A stretch of 32,000 nt of DNA from Yinghuangia seranimata (GCF_029953285.1 NZ_JASAOI010000058.1:31547-63546); one strand, 5' to 3'. Numbered from the stretch's first letter, positions 15,747-24,711 are shown. Numbers and translations are program-made. The notes: generated by a model not told the origin, from the letters alone.

Positions 15747-18152
15747 TCACTCGGGCTCGTGGGCCTCCGTCAGGTCGCCGGACGCCAGGCTCGGCCCGGA
15801 CTGGGCGTGCCTGCGCGCCGGTTCGCGTCCGGGCGGCTGGCTGAGCCGCTCCAGCGGCACCGGCCTCGGGATGGGGCGGCTGAGCGGCTTGCCCGGCAGC
15901 ACGAGCAGTTCCTCCTCGTCCTGCACCACCTTGATCGCGTCGCCTTCGAGGAGCGTGTAGGTGGCCTGCGCGCGGGTGATCTCGGTGCGCAGCACGATCT
16001 TGCCGCGCAGCCGCATGGAGAACGCCACGCGCGTGAGGCCGGACGGCAGGCGCGGCCGGAACACCAGGTCCTCGTCGTGGTCGCGCAGCCCGCCGAAGCC
16101 CGCGACCAGCGCGATGCACGCGCCCGCGAGCGACGCCATGTGCAGGCCGTCGCGGGTGTTGCCGCCCAGGTCGTGCAGGTCCATCAGGGCGGCCTCGGCC
16201 AGGTAGTCGTACGCCAGGTCCAGGTGCCCGACCTCGGCCGCGATGACCGCCTGCGTGCACGCCGACAGCGACGAGTCGCGGACCGTCAGGCGCTCGTAGT
16301 ACGCGAAGTTGCGGGCCTTCTCCTCGGCGGTGAACGCGTCGCCGCGCACCTGCATGGCCAGCACCAGGTCGGCCTGCTTGACGACCTGCTTGCGGTACAG
16401 GTCGTAGTACGGGAAGTGCAGCAGCAGCGGGTACTTGTCGGGCGGCGTGTTCTCGAAGTCCCACATCTCGTGGTTGGTGAAGCCCTCGGCCTGCGGGTGG
16501 ACGCCCAGCTTCTCGTCGTACGGGATGAACATCGCGGAGGCGGCGTCCCGCCACTGCGCCATCTCCTCGGTGTCGACGCCGAGTCGGGCCGCCTCGTGCA
16601 GGTGCCGGGTCGCGGAGTCGGCGGCGGCGCGCAGGTTCGCCTGCGCCATGAGGTTCGTGTAGACGTTGTTGTCCGCGATCGAGCTGTACTCGTCGGGCCC
16701 GGTCACGCCGTCGATGCGGAACCGGCCCTCGGCGTCGTGGTGGCCCAGCGAGCGCCACATGCGGGCGGTCTCGACCAGGATCTCCATGCCGAAGTCGCGT
16801 TCGAAGTCGGTGTCGCCGGTGGCCCGCACGTAGCGTTCGACGGCGCGCGCGATGTCGGCGCCGATGTGGAACGCGGCGGTGCCGGCCGGCCAGTACCCGG
16901 AGCACTCCTCGCCGCGGATCGTGCGCCACGGGAACACCGCGCCGGCCAGGCCCAGTTGCGCGGCCCGCTCACGCGCCATCGGCAGCGTGGCGTGCCGCCA
17001 GCGCAGCGCTTGGGCGACGGCCTCGGGCAGGCAGTAGGTGAGCACCGGCAGCACGAACGTCTCGGTGTCCCAGAAGCAGTGCCCGTCGTAGCCGGGCCCG
17101 GTCAGGCCCTTCGCCGGGATCGCCCGCTCCTCGGTCCGCGCGCCCGCCTGCAGCACGTGGAACAGCGCGAACCGGACGGCCTGCTGGAGCTCGACGTCGC
17201 CGTCGATCTCGATGTCGGAGTGCTCCCAGAAGTCCGCGAGGTACTGGCGCTGCTCCTCGACCAGGCCGTCCCAGCCGGTGAAGCGGGCGGCGGTGAGCGC
17301 GGCGGCGACCTGGTCGCGGACGGCCGGCAGCGAGCGGGCGGCCGACCAGCCGTACGCGATGAACTTGATCAGCCGCAGCTTCTCGCCGGCCTTCAGGACG
17401 GTCGTGACGCTGTAGCGGGCCTGGTCCTCCTCGGTCTCGATCTCGCCGAGGTACTGGTTGTCGCACTCGACGACGTGGTCCATGGAGGCCGCCACCCGCA
17501 GTCCGCTGAACCGCGTCTGGTGGACGAGGACCGCCTTGGTCCCGTTGTGCGAGTGCTGCTCGGCGACCAGCGGCGCCTCGAGCACGGCGGACGCGCGCGG
17601 GTCGCCGTTCGCCGACGGCAGCTGCTCGTTCGCGACGAGTTCGGACTGCAGGACGATGCGGGCCGGGCCGTCGACCGGCTCCACCTCGTACGAGATCGCC
17701 GCGACGGCGCGCTGGGTCAGCGACACCAGCCGGGTCGAGGTGACCTTGACGGTGCGGCCGGCCGGCGACGTCCACACGGCGCGGCGGCGCAGCAGGCCGT
17801 CGCGGAAGTCGAGGCGGCGCTCGTGCTGCTTGACGTCGCCGTAGCGCAGGTCGAACGGCTCGTCGTCGACCAGCAGCCGGATGATCTTGCCGTTGGTGAC
17901 GTTGATGACGCTCTGGCCGGACTCCGGCTGGCCGTAGGCGGCCTCGGCGTACGGCAGCGGGCGCAGCTCGAAGACGCCGTTGAGGTAGGTGCCGGGCAGG
18001 CCGTGCGGCTCGCCCTCGTCGAGGTTCGCGCGCAGCCCGACGTGTCCGTTGGACAGCGTGAACACCGACTCGGCGCGGGCCAGCATCTCCAAGTCCAGGG
18101 ACTGCTCGTGCAGGCCCCACGGGTCGACGGTGTAGGCGTCGTGTGCGGTCAT
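15747..18152 (-). CDS. Glycoside hydrolase family 65 protein (disaccharide phosphorylase-like)
   Basis: NGHVGLRANLDEGEPHGLPGTYLNG..., GHCFWDTETFVLPVL, GVTGPDEYSSIADNNVYTN, GNTRDGLHMASLAGA. Confidence 0.88.
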   Translation of the reverse strand: MTAHDAYTVDPWGLHEQSLDLEMLARAESVFTLSNGHVGLRANLDEGEPHGLPGTYLNGVFELRPLPYAEAAYGQPESGQSVINVTNGKIIRLLVDDEPFDLRYGDVKQHERRLDFRDGLLRRRAVWTSPAGRTVKVTSTRLVSLTQRAVAAISYEVEPVDGPARIVLQSELVANEQLPSANGDPRASAVLEAPLVAEQHSHNGTKAVLVHQTRFSGLRVAASMDHVVECDNQYLGEIETEEDQARYSVTTVLKAGEKLRLIKFIAYGWSAARSLPAVRDQVAAALTAARFTGWDGLVEEQRQYLADFWEHSDIEIDGDVELQQAVRFALFHVLQAGARTEERAIPAKGLTGPGYDGHCFWDTETFVLPVLTYCLPEAVAQALRWRHATLPMARERAAQLGLAGAVFPWRTIRGEECSGYWPAGTAAFHIGADIARAVERYVRATGDTDFERDFGMEILVETARMWRSLGHHDAEGRFRIDGVTGPDEYSSIADNNVYTNLMAQANLRAAADSATRHLHEAARLGVDTEEMAQWRDAASAMFIPYDEKLGVHPQAEGFTNHEMWDFENTPPDKYPLLLHFPYYDLYRKQVVKQADLVLAMQVRGDAFTAEEKARNFAYYERLTVRDSSLSACTQAVIAAEVGHLDLAYDYLAEAALMDLHDLGGNTRDGLHMASLAGACIALVAGFGGLRDHDEDLVFRPRLPSGLTRVAFSMRLRGKIVLRTEITRAQATYTLLEGDAIKVVQDEEELLVLPGKPLSRPIPRPVPLERLSQPPGREPARRHAQSGPSLASGDLTEAHEPE

Positions 18153-18940
18153 CGCGTACCTCGATCCGTTCCGTTGCCCGAGGGGCCCGGCCCCTGCGCG
18201 GGGTCGGCCAGCAGGTCGGCCAGGTCGGCGACCACCACGTCGGCGCCGTGCGCGCGCAGCGCGTCCGCCTGCCCGACCCGGTCCACGCCGACCACCCGGC
18301 CGAAGCCGCCGGCCCGGCCCGACGCGACGCCCGCCAGCGCGTCCTCGAACACCACGGCGTTCTCGGGCTCGTAGCCGAGCTTGCGGGCCGCGGCCAGGAA
18401 GGTGTCGGGCGCCGGCTTGCCCGGCAGGTGCTCCTGCTGGGCGACGATCCCGTCCACGATCACCTCGAACATGCCGTCGAACCCGGCGGCGTGCAGGACG
18501 TCGCGGCAGTTGGCGCTGGAGGACACCACCGCGCGCGGGGCGTTGAGCTCGGCGAGGCGCCGCACGTAGGCCAGCGAGCCCGGGTAGGCGTCCACGCCCT
18601 GCTCGCGGATCATGCGCAGCACCGTGTCGTTCTTGAGGTTGCTCAGGCCCTGCACGGTGCGGGTGCCGGGCGGGTCGTCCGGGGCGCCCTCCGGGAGCGT
18701 GATGCCGCGTGAGGCCAGGAACTCGCGCGTGCCGTCCAGTCGGGGTCTGCCGTCCACGTAGGTGTCGTAGTCCGCGCCCGTGTCGAAGGGCACGAACGGG
18801 GTCCCCGTGCGCTCGGCCTCGGCGCGCAGGAAGCCGTCGAACATGTCCTTCCAGGCCGCGGCGTGCACCTTGGCGGTCTGCGTCAGCACACCGTCGAGGT
18901 CGAAGAGGAAGGCGTGGATGGCGTCCGGCAGTCCCAACAT
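18149..18940 (-). CDS. Beta-phosphoglucomutase-like HAD superfamily hydrolase
   Basis: AFLFDLDGVLTQTAKVHAAAWKDMFD, RAVVSSSANCRDVLHAAGFDGMFEVIVDG and KPAPDTFLAAARKLG...VVFEDALAGVASGRA. 4-nt overlap with the GH65 gene. An alternative start lies at 18973. Confidence 0.88.
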   Translation of the reverse strand: MLGLPDAIHAFLFDLDGVLTQTAKVHAAAWKDMFDGFLRAEAERTGTPFVPFDTGADYDTYVDGRPRLDGTREFLASRGITLPEGAPDDPPGTRTVQGLSNLKNDTVLRMIREQGVDAYPGSLAYVRRLAELNAPRAVVSSSANCRDVLHAAGFDGMFEVIVDGIVAQQEHLPGKPAPDTFLAAARKLGYEPENAVVFEDALAGVASGRAGGFGRVVGVDRVGQADALRAHGADVVVADLADLLADPAQGPGPSGNGTDRGTR

Positions 18941-19051
18941 GGGCGTCGTCTTACCCCTTGCGCGGGCGATCATCCCCGATCGGGGGCAACTCGGCGTGCC
19001 TCGGATACCCGCTACGGTGGGCCCCAGCCTCGGGGAAGGGGAGGGTCGGGC

Positions 19052-19258
19052 ATGGCGGACGTTGAGGTCACGCTGTCGCTGCCGGGTGAGCTGGTCACCG
19101 CGGTCGGCGAGGCGTCAGGGGGCGAGATCACGGCGTACGTGGTCAAGGCGCTGCGCTCGGCGCTGCTGATGGACGCGATGCGCGAGGTCGCCGACGCGGG
19201 GCATCCGCCCCCGCCGCCGGACGACGTGCTGCACGCGGCAGAGACGGACCTGCGATGA
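19052..19258 (+). CDS. Putative small antitoxin (RHH-like)
   Basis: 68 aa: MADVEVTLSLPGELVTAVGEASGGEITAYVVKALRSALLMDAMREVADAG.... Strand-helix-helix-like N-terminus; ATGA overlap with downstream toxin-like ORF; upstream GGGGAGGG. Confidence 0.65.
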   Translation: MADVEVTLSLPGELVTAVGEASGGEITAYVVKALRSALLMDAMREVADAGHPPPPPDDVLHAAETDLR

Positions 19259-19560
19259 GGCGCGGTCAGGTCTGGCGCATCCCGACCGTGGGACGCGAGC
19301 GCACCGTGCTGGTCGTGGGGGCCGACGAGGTGACCGCGATGTACGGGCAGGCGTTGTGCGTCGTCGTCCACGAGCCCGGCGCGTTCCCCGAGTCGCTGGT
19401 CACGGTGCCGCTGGAGGAGCCCGTGCAGGGCGTCGTCGGCGTGCCGGACGTGGCCGGCTTCCGGCAGGCGCGCTTCGACCACGGCAAGCTGCTGGGGCGG
19501 GTCGACTCGGACACAATGGAGCGCGTCGAGATCGCGCTGCGGGCGATCCTCGAGCTCTAG
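19255..19560 (+). CDS. MazF/PemK-like toxin
   Basis: MRRGQVWRIPTVGRERTVLVVGADEVTAMYGQALCVVVHEP...ESLVTVPLEEPVQGVVGVPDVAGFRQARFDHGKLLGRVDSDTMERVEIALRAILEL; N-terminal RRGxVW and a final helix typical of the family. Confidence 0.65.
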   Translation: MRRGQVWRIPTVGRERTVLVVGADEVTAMYGQALCVVVHEPGAFPESLVTVPLEEPVQGVVGVPDVAGFRQARFDHGKLLGRVDSDTMERVEIALRAILEL

Positions 19561-19802
19561 GGCGTGCCTGGGGGATCTCTCCGGGCCCGCGCCGCGTGGC
19601 ACGCATCCGGGCCTAGACGGCCCTCCTCACTCGCTGCGCTCGCTCCGCCGCGTTGCAGGACCTCGCGAGTACGACCGAGTACGAGCAGCCGGGCCTGGCG
19701 GCCCTCCCAAGTCCTGCGCCTCGCTCGGGAGGGCCGCCAGGCCCGGCGCGCACGCACCACGCGACGCGGGCTGATCCGAAGAGATCCCCCAGACACGCCC
19801 TA
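19558..19802. mobile_element. MITE-like element, 245 bp, bounded by TA and ~42/46-bp imperfect terminal inverted repeats
   Basis: Left end TAGGGCGTGCCTGGGGGATCTCTCCGG----GCCCGCGCCGCGTGG (19558-19599) versus reverse complement of right end TAGGGCGTGTCTGGGGGATCTCTTCGGATCAGCCCGCGTCGCGTGG (19757-19802). No coding capacity. Confidence 0.8.
19688..19747. repeat. Perfect 21-bp hairpin inside the MITE-like element
   Basis: GCCGGGCCTGGCGGCCCTCCC (19688-19708) / GGGAGGGCCGCCAGGCCCGGC (19727-19747), 18-nt loop. Confidence 0.9.
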
Positions 19803-19839
19803 TGGCTCCTTCGCCCTCTCGGTTCCCTTCGCCGTCGGG

Positions 19840-20694
19840 TCAGCCCTTCGCGACGACGGTGAGCAGGTGCGCGACGGTGTCCGCCATCGCCTGGCGGGCC
19901 GCGGTCAGGCTGGGGCGCGGGTCGGTGCGCTCGGGGTGTGCGGCGAGTTCGGCGCGCAGGGCGGCGGTGTAGGCGAGGTTGAGCGCCGTGCCTATGTTGA
20001 TCTTCGTCATGCCGTGCGCGGTCGCCGCGCGCAGCTCGTCGTCCGGGACGCCAGACGAGCCGTGCAGCACCAGCGGCACCGCGACCGCCGCGTGCAGTTC
20101 GGCGATCAGGTTGTGGTCGAGCGCCGCCGTGCGGGTCGTCATGGCGTGGCTGCTGCCGACGGCGACGGCCAGCGCGTCGACACCGGTCGCCGCGACGTAG
20201 TCGACGGCCTCGTCGGGCCGCGTCCGCGCGCCGGGCGCGTGCGCGTCGAGTGCCGGCTCGCCGGCCTTCCCGCCGACCTGGCCGAGCTCGGCCTCCAGCC
20301 ACAGGCCGCGGCCGTGCGCCCATGCGGCGGCGGCGCGGGTCGCGGCGACGTTGTCCGCGTAGGACAGCTTCGACGCGTCGAACATGACCGAACTGATCGC
20401 CGTGCCCTCGACCGCGAGCAGGAGCTCCTCGGAGACGACGTGGTCGAGGTGCAGGCCCACCGCGACGGACGCGGAGTCGGCGAGCGCCGCGCACGCGTCG
20501 GCGAGCGGGCGCAGGCGACCGTCGTGGAACCGCACCGCGTTCTCGCTGAGCGCCACGATGACGGGGAGGCCGACGGCCTCGGCGCCGGCGACGATCGCCT
20601 CGGCGTGTTCGAGCGTGATGGCGTTGAAGGCGGCGGCCCCGCGTCCGGCCTCGCGTGCCGACGCGACGATGTCACCGGTGACCGTGAGCGGCAT
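19840..20694 (-). CDS. Class II ketose-bisphosphate aldolase (tagatose/fructose-bisphosphate type)
   Basis: REAGRGAAAFNAITLEHAEAIVAGAE, VGLHLDHV, SSVMFDASKLSYADN, EAELGQVGGKAG, VPLVLHGSSGVPDDELRAATAHGMTKINIGTALN. Confidence 0.87.
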   Translation of the reverse strand: MPLTVTGDIVASAREAGRGAAAFNAITLEHAEAIVAGAEAVGLPVIVALSENAVRFHDGRLRPLADACAALADSASVAVGLHLDHVVSEELLLAVEGTAISSVMFDASKLSYADNVAATRAAAAWAHGRGLWLEAELGQVGGKAGEPALDAHAPGARTRPDEAVDYVAATGVDALAVAVGSSHAMTTRTAALDHNLIAELHAAVAVPLVLHGSSGVPDDELRAATAHGMTKINIGTALNLAYTAALRAELAAHPERTDPRPSLTAARQAMADTVAHLLTVVAKG

Positions 20695-21805
20695 GGCCGT
20701 TCCCTTCGGGGGTTTGGGGTGCGGGGGCGGAGGGCTCGGCGGGGGCCTTGCCTCGCAGGGCGGTGGAGAGGCTGGCGGCGGGCTCGCCCGCCTGGGCGGC
20801 TCCGCCGCGCTGTGCGGTGCCGGGCCGGAGGTTCAGGCCCGGTGTCCCGGCCCCGGGATCCCGTTGGCCGTGGGGCGGTTCGACGGCGCCGACCAGGACG
20901 TGGGCGCGGGCCGTGACGTATGTCGTGCGGTCGACGCTGCCGGCCACCGGCGCCGCGACCGCCGAGGCGGACCACGCGACGGCCTCGGCCAGGCGGTCGG
21001 GCCACGGGCGTCCGGCGGTGAGGCCGGCCAGGAGGGCGGCCACACCCGCGTCGCCCGCGCCGGTCGGATTGCCCTGGATGGCGTACGGGAGACGGGCCCG
21101 CCACCAGCCCGCGGCGGTCGCGGCGAGCAGGCCCTCGGGACCGAAGGAGGCCACCACCGCGTCGCCGCCCGCCGCGCGCAGCTGGGCGGAGAGCGCGGCG
21201 ACGGCGCGTGCCGGATCGGACTCGCCGGTGGCCTCACGGAGTTCGTCGGCGTTCGGCTTGACCAGGTCGGGGCCCGCGGCCAGGCCCGCGTGCAGGGCCG
21301 GGCCCGACGTGTCCAGGAGCACCGGCACACCCGCGTCGCGGGCGCGGCGGACCAGGTCGGCGTACGCGTCGGTCGGCACGCCCGGCGGCAGGCTCCCGCA
21401 CAACGCGACCGCGTGCGCCTGCGGCAGCAGGCGGTCGAACGCCTCGCACAGCGCGGCCCATTCGCCTGCACTGAGCTCGGGGCCGGCCTCGTTGAAGACC
21501 GTCGTCTCGCCGGCCGCCGCGTCCACCACGGTCGTCGTGCGGCGCGTCTCACCGGTGACGGGCACGGTCGCGTCGCGCGGGCCCGCCTGCGCGAGGTCCT
21601 CGCGCACCCCGTCGCCGGTCCGCCCGCCGAGCGGCCCCAGCACGGTGGCGGGTATGCCCAGCGCGGTCAGCACGCGGGCGACGTTGAGCCCCTTGCCGCC
21701 CGCCCGCGCGGATATTCGCTCGACGCGGTTGCTGCCGTCCCAGACCACCTCGTCCAGGTGATACGTGACGTCCAGCGCCGGATTGGGGGTGACCGTGAGG
21801 ATCAT
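20672..21805 (-). CDS. PfkB-family kinase (tagatose-6-phosphate / 1-phosphofructokinase type)
   Basis: MILTVTPNPALDVTYHLDEVVWDGSNRVERISARAGGKGLNVARVLTALG...; IQGNPTGAGDAGVAALLAGL (PfkB signature). Confidence 0.85.
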   Translation of the reverse strand: MILTVTPNPALDVTYHLDEVVWDGSNRVERISARAGGKGLNVARVLTALGIPATVLGPLGGRTGDGVREDLAQAGPRDATVPVTGETRRTTTVVDAAAGETTVFNEAGPELSAGEWAALCEAFDRLLPQAHAVALCGSLPPGVPTDAYADLVRRARDAGVPVLLDTSGPALHAGLAAGPDLVKPNADELREATGESDPARAVAALSAQLRAAGGDAVVASFGPEGLLAATAAGWWRARLPYAIQGNPTGAGDAGVAALLAGLTAGRPWPDRLAEAVAWSASAVAAPVAGSVDRTTYVTARAHVLVGAVEPPHGQRDPGAGTPGLNLRPGTAQRGGAAQAGEPAASLSTALRGKAPAEPSAPAPQTPEGNGHAAHGHR

Positions 21806-22971
21806 CAGGCGTCCAGGCCGTCGCCGACCCAACGCCCGCCCCACAGCACGGCGTCCACCTTCAGATCCTCGTCCAGCACGATCAGGTCGGCCTGCTTGCC
21901 CGCCTCGATCGAGCCGACCTTGTCGGCGATGCCGAGCGCGCGCGCCGGGGTCGCGCTCAACGCGGTGACGACGTCCGTGATCGGCAGGTGGTTCTCGCGC
22001 ACCGCGGTCCGCAGCGCGCGGTCCAGGGTCAGCGTGCTGCCCGCGATCGAGTCGCCGTCGGCGAGCCGCGCTATTCCGCCCTCGACCCGGGCGGTCATCG
22101 GGCCGAGCGGATACGTGCCGTCAGGCATGCCGGCCGCGCCCATCGCGTCGGTGATGAACGCGACGCGCGACGAACCGGCCGCCTGGAACGCCAGGTTGAC
22201 GATGCCGGGATGCAGGTGCACGCCGTCGTTGATCAGCTCGACCACCACATCGCTGTCCTGCAACAGCGCGGTCACCGGGCCCGGTTCGCGGTGGTGCACG
22301 CTGCGCATCGCGTTGAACAGGTGCGTCGCGACGCTCGCACCCGCCGCGAGCGCGGCCTGCGTCTCGCGGTGCGTGCCGTCGGTGTGGCCGACGGCCGCCA
22401 GCACACCCGCGTCCACCAAACGGTGCACGAGGTCGACACCGCCCGGCAGTTCGGGCGCCAACGTCACCATGCGGACCGTCCCGCGCCCGGCCTTGAGCAA
22501 CGCGTCGACCTCGGCCCGGTCGGGCTCCCGCAGCAGGTCGGGATCGTGCGCGCCGCACCGGGCCCGGCTCAGATACGGGCCCTCCAGGTGCACGCCCGCC
22601 AGCACGCCGTCCTCGACCAGGCCCGCCAACTCCGAGACGCTACGAAGGAGTTCGTCCTGCGTCGCGGTAACCAGCGAAGCCATCGTCGTGGTCGTGCCGT
22701 GCGCCCGGTGGAACGCCGCCACCCGCAACGCCTGGTCGGCGTCCCCCGCGGTGTACGACGCACCGCCACCCCCGTGCACATGCATGTCCACGAACCCGGG
22801 CACCAGCCAACGCCCGCCCAGGTCGTGCACCGTCGCACCAGGCGTCTCCGGCAACGAGCCGGGCCCACCGACCGCCGTGATCAGGCCGTCGGCCACGGCC
22901 ACTTCGCCGCCCTCCAGCACACCGGACGACAGGACCACACGGGCCCCAGTGAATCGGGTCTGACGGATCAC
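21805..22971 (-). CDS. N-acetylglucosamine/galactosamine-6-phosphate deacetylase (NagA/AgaA family)
   Basis: VPGFVDMHVHGGGG, GVHLEGPYLS, AVGHTDGTH, ATHLFNAMRSVHHREPG, FITDAMGAAGMPDG. GTG start at 22971. Confidence 0.88.
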   Translation of the reverse strand: MIRQTRFTGARVVLSSGVLEGGEVAVADGLITAVGGPGSLPETPGATVHDLGGRWLVPGFVDMHVHGGGGASYTAGDADQALRVAAFHRAHGTTTTMASLVTATQDELLRSVSELAGLVEDGVLAGVHLEGPYLSRARCGAHDPDLLREPDRAEVDALLKAGRGTVRMVTLAPELPGGVDLVHRLVDAGVLAAVGHTDGTHRETQAALAAGASVATHLFNAMRSVHHREPGPVTALLQDSDVVVELINDGVHLHPGIVNLAFQAAGSSRVAFITDAMGAAGMPDGTYPLGPMTARVEGGIARLADGDSIAGSTLTLDRALRTAVRENHLPITDVVTALSATPARALGIADKVGSIEAGKQADLIVLDEDLKVDAVLWGGRWVGDGLDA

Positions 22972-24269
22972 CTGGCAACCTCGAAGATGTCCCAGGCCAG
23001 CAGTGCCGCGCCGTGGCACCCGGCGTCGTCGCCGAGCGCCGCGGCCTCGATCCGCGGCACGAACTGGACGGTCGCACGCGCGGCGAGCGCCTCGCGCAAA
23101 GGGGTGAACAAGGTCTCGCCGGCCCGCGACAGGCCGCCGCCGATGACGACGAGCGAGGTGTCGAGCAGCGCCAGCGCGATCAGCAGGCCGTCGGCGAGCG
23201 CGCTCACCGACTCCTCCCACACCCGCGCCGCGACCGGGTCGCCCGCCCCCACCCGGGCCGCCACCTCGGCGGCGGTCGCGTGCCCGCCGGGCACCGCCTC
23301 CGCGTAGCGGCGGGCGACCGCCGGACCGGAGATCTCGGCCTCCAGGCAGCCGCGGGCGCCGCAGCCGCACGGCGTCCCGCCGGGGCGCACGATGATGTGG
23401 CCGATCTCGCCGGCCCGGCCTTGGGCACCGGCGTACGGCACGCCGTCCACGACGAACGCGCCCGCGACGCCGGTACCGAGTGGCAGGAACAGGAAGTTCG
23501 CACAGCCCTTCGCGGCCCCGAGACGCCCCTCGGCGAGCCCGCCTGCGCGGACGTCGTGGTCGAACGCGACGGGCAGCCCAGTGCGTTCGGCGACCAGGTC
23601 GCGCAGCGGCAGATCACGCCAACGCAGGTTCGCCGACCAGACCGCGATGCCGGCTGCGGCGTCGACGATCCCGGGCACGACGACCCCGACGGCCCGCGGG
23701 TTCAGACCCTCCGCCAGCGCGGTGCGGCGCAGGTCGTCCGCGAAGTCGACGATTCGAGCGGTGACCGCCTCGGGACCGCCCTCACGCCCGGTGGCCCGAC
23801 GCTCGGTGTGAAGGAACGTACCGCCGGGCGCGACGAGCCCGCCCTTGATGATGGTGCCGCCGACGTCCAGGGCGATGACACAGTCACCCCCGACGCGCAC
23901 ACGCGCGTCCGGACCACCGACGGGACTGACGGCCGCCCCATGGTCAGGCGAACCGCCGGTGGGCCCCGACGGGTTCGCCGGAGCCGACGAGGCAGAGAGT
24001 GACGTTATGGGGCCGCCGCCGGCCGACGCGGCTGCCGGAACATCTCGACCCGCGGCGGTCGACTCGCCGCCGACCTCGGCCTGGGCGTCGGCGGACGACG
24101 CCTCCGAACCGGTGCCGGCCGCGGAGCCCCGCGGCGGCACAGCCGATCCACCCGTGGGAGCCGACGGGTTGGCGGGAGAGTGCGGAACCGCGCCCGCCGC
24201 CGTGCGGGTCGGCTCGACGCCGTCCGCGGGGGCGGCGTGCGGGTGGTTGTGGTCGTCGTACGCGCTCAC
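22968..24269 (-). CDS. ROK-family sugar kinase with ~130-aa low-complexity N-terminal extension
   Basis: VIALDVGGTIIKGGLV, FDHDVRAGGLAEGRLG, LPLGTGVAGAFVVDG and GEIGHIIVRPGGTPCGCGARGCLEAEISG (ROK Cys motif). Upstream AGGAG supports the GTG at 24269. Confidence 0.85.
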   Translation of the reverse strand: MSAYDDHNHPHAAPADGVEPTRTAAGAVPHSPANPSAPTGGSAVPPRGSAAGTGSEASSADAQAEVGGESTAAGRDVPAAASAGGGPITSLSASSAPANPSGPTGGSPDHGAAVSPVGGPDARVRVGGDCVIALDVGGTIIKGGLVAPGGTFLHTERRATGREGGPEAVTARIVDFADDLRRTALAEGLNPRAVGVVVPGIVDAAAGIAVWSANLRWRDLPLRDLVAERTGLPVAFDHDVRAGGLAEGRLGAAKGCANFLFLPLGTGVAGAFVVDGVPYAGAQGRAGEIGHIIVRPGGTPCGCGARGCLEAEISGPAVARRYAEAVPGGHATAAEVAARVGAGDPVAARVWEESVSALADGLLIALALLDTSLVVIGGGLSRAGETLFTPLREALAARATVQFVPRIEAAALGDDAGCHGAALLAWDIFEVAR

Positions 24270-24711
24270 TGGTGCTCCTGCTTTCGGCCACGGCCGTGTA
24301 CGGCAAAAGCCGTTCTCGCCGGGCCGGTTCCCTCGGTGGTGGCGGTCGGGCCCGCGCGATGGCAGGCCGTATCCATGGTCGAGGCGCGTGAGGGAGCGCG
24401 CCGGGTGTCGCGATGTGCGGTGCGGGAGGGCCCGGCGGGGTGGCCGGCCACGGTCGAGGGACACCGCACGCCGCGGGAGCGCCCGCCCCTGATGAGACCG
24501 CCACCACCCGCGCCCGCACCGGTGTGATGTCCGGCCACGGCTGCGGAACGGTACCCCCTGAAGAGTTGGCCCCGCGACCCGCCCCACCCCGATCCGACGA
24601 GGGCCCGAGCGCAGGCGGGCTGCCCGCACAGGCGGGACCCGGCGACGGGGTGTGCGTCACCCGACCGCGGTGCGCGCACGCCGTCGCTCGTTGGGCGTCC
24701 GGTTCTCACTG

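Noticed and set aside
12922-15960. 1012-aa plus-strand ORF opposite the AfsK-like kinase
   Set aside because: Shadow ORF. The complementary strand encodes clear kinase and propeller motifs, and the antisense product is low complexity.
15580-16929. N-terminal ~450-aa extension of the kinase ORF (12781..16929)
   Set aside because: The portion upstream of MEALRPGDPRQLGPYRL is antisense-like noise running through the GH65 gene in the wrong frame. The true start is at or near 15579.
15621-18374. 917-aa plus-strand ORF antisense to GH65
   Set aside because: Minus-strand GH65 motifs are unambiguous. The antisense product is an artefact of GC-rich codon usage.
22972-23370. Extended N-terminus of the deacetylase ORF to 23370
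   Set aside because: Would run through the ROK kinase coding region in another frame. The GTG at 22971 gives a standard NagA N-terminus and a 4-nt overlap.
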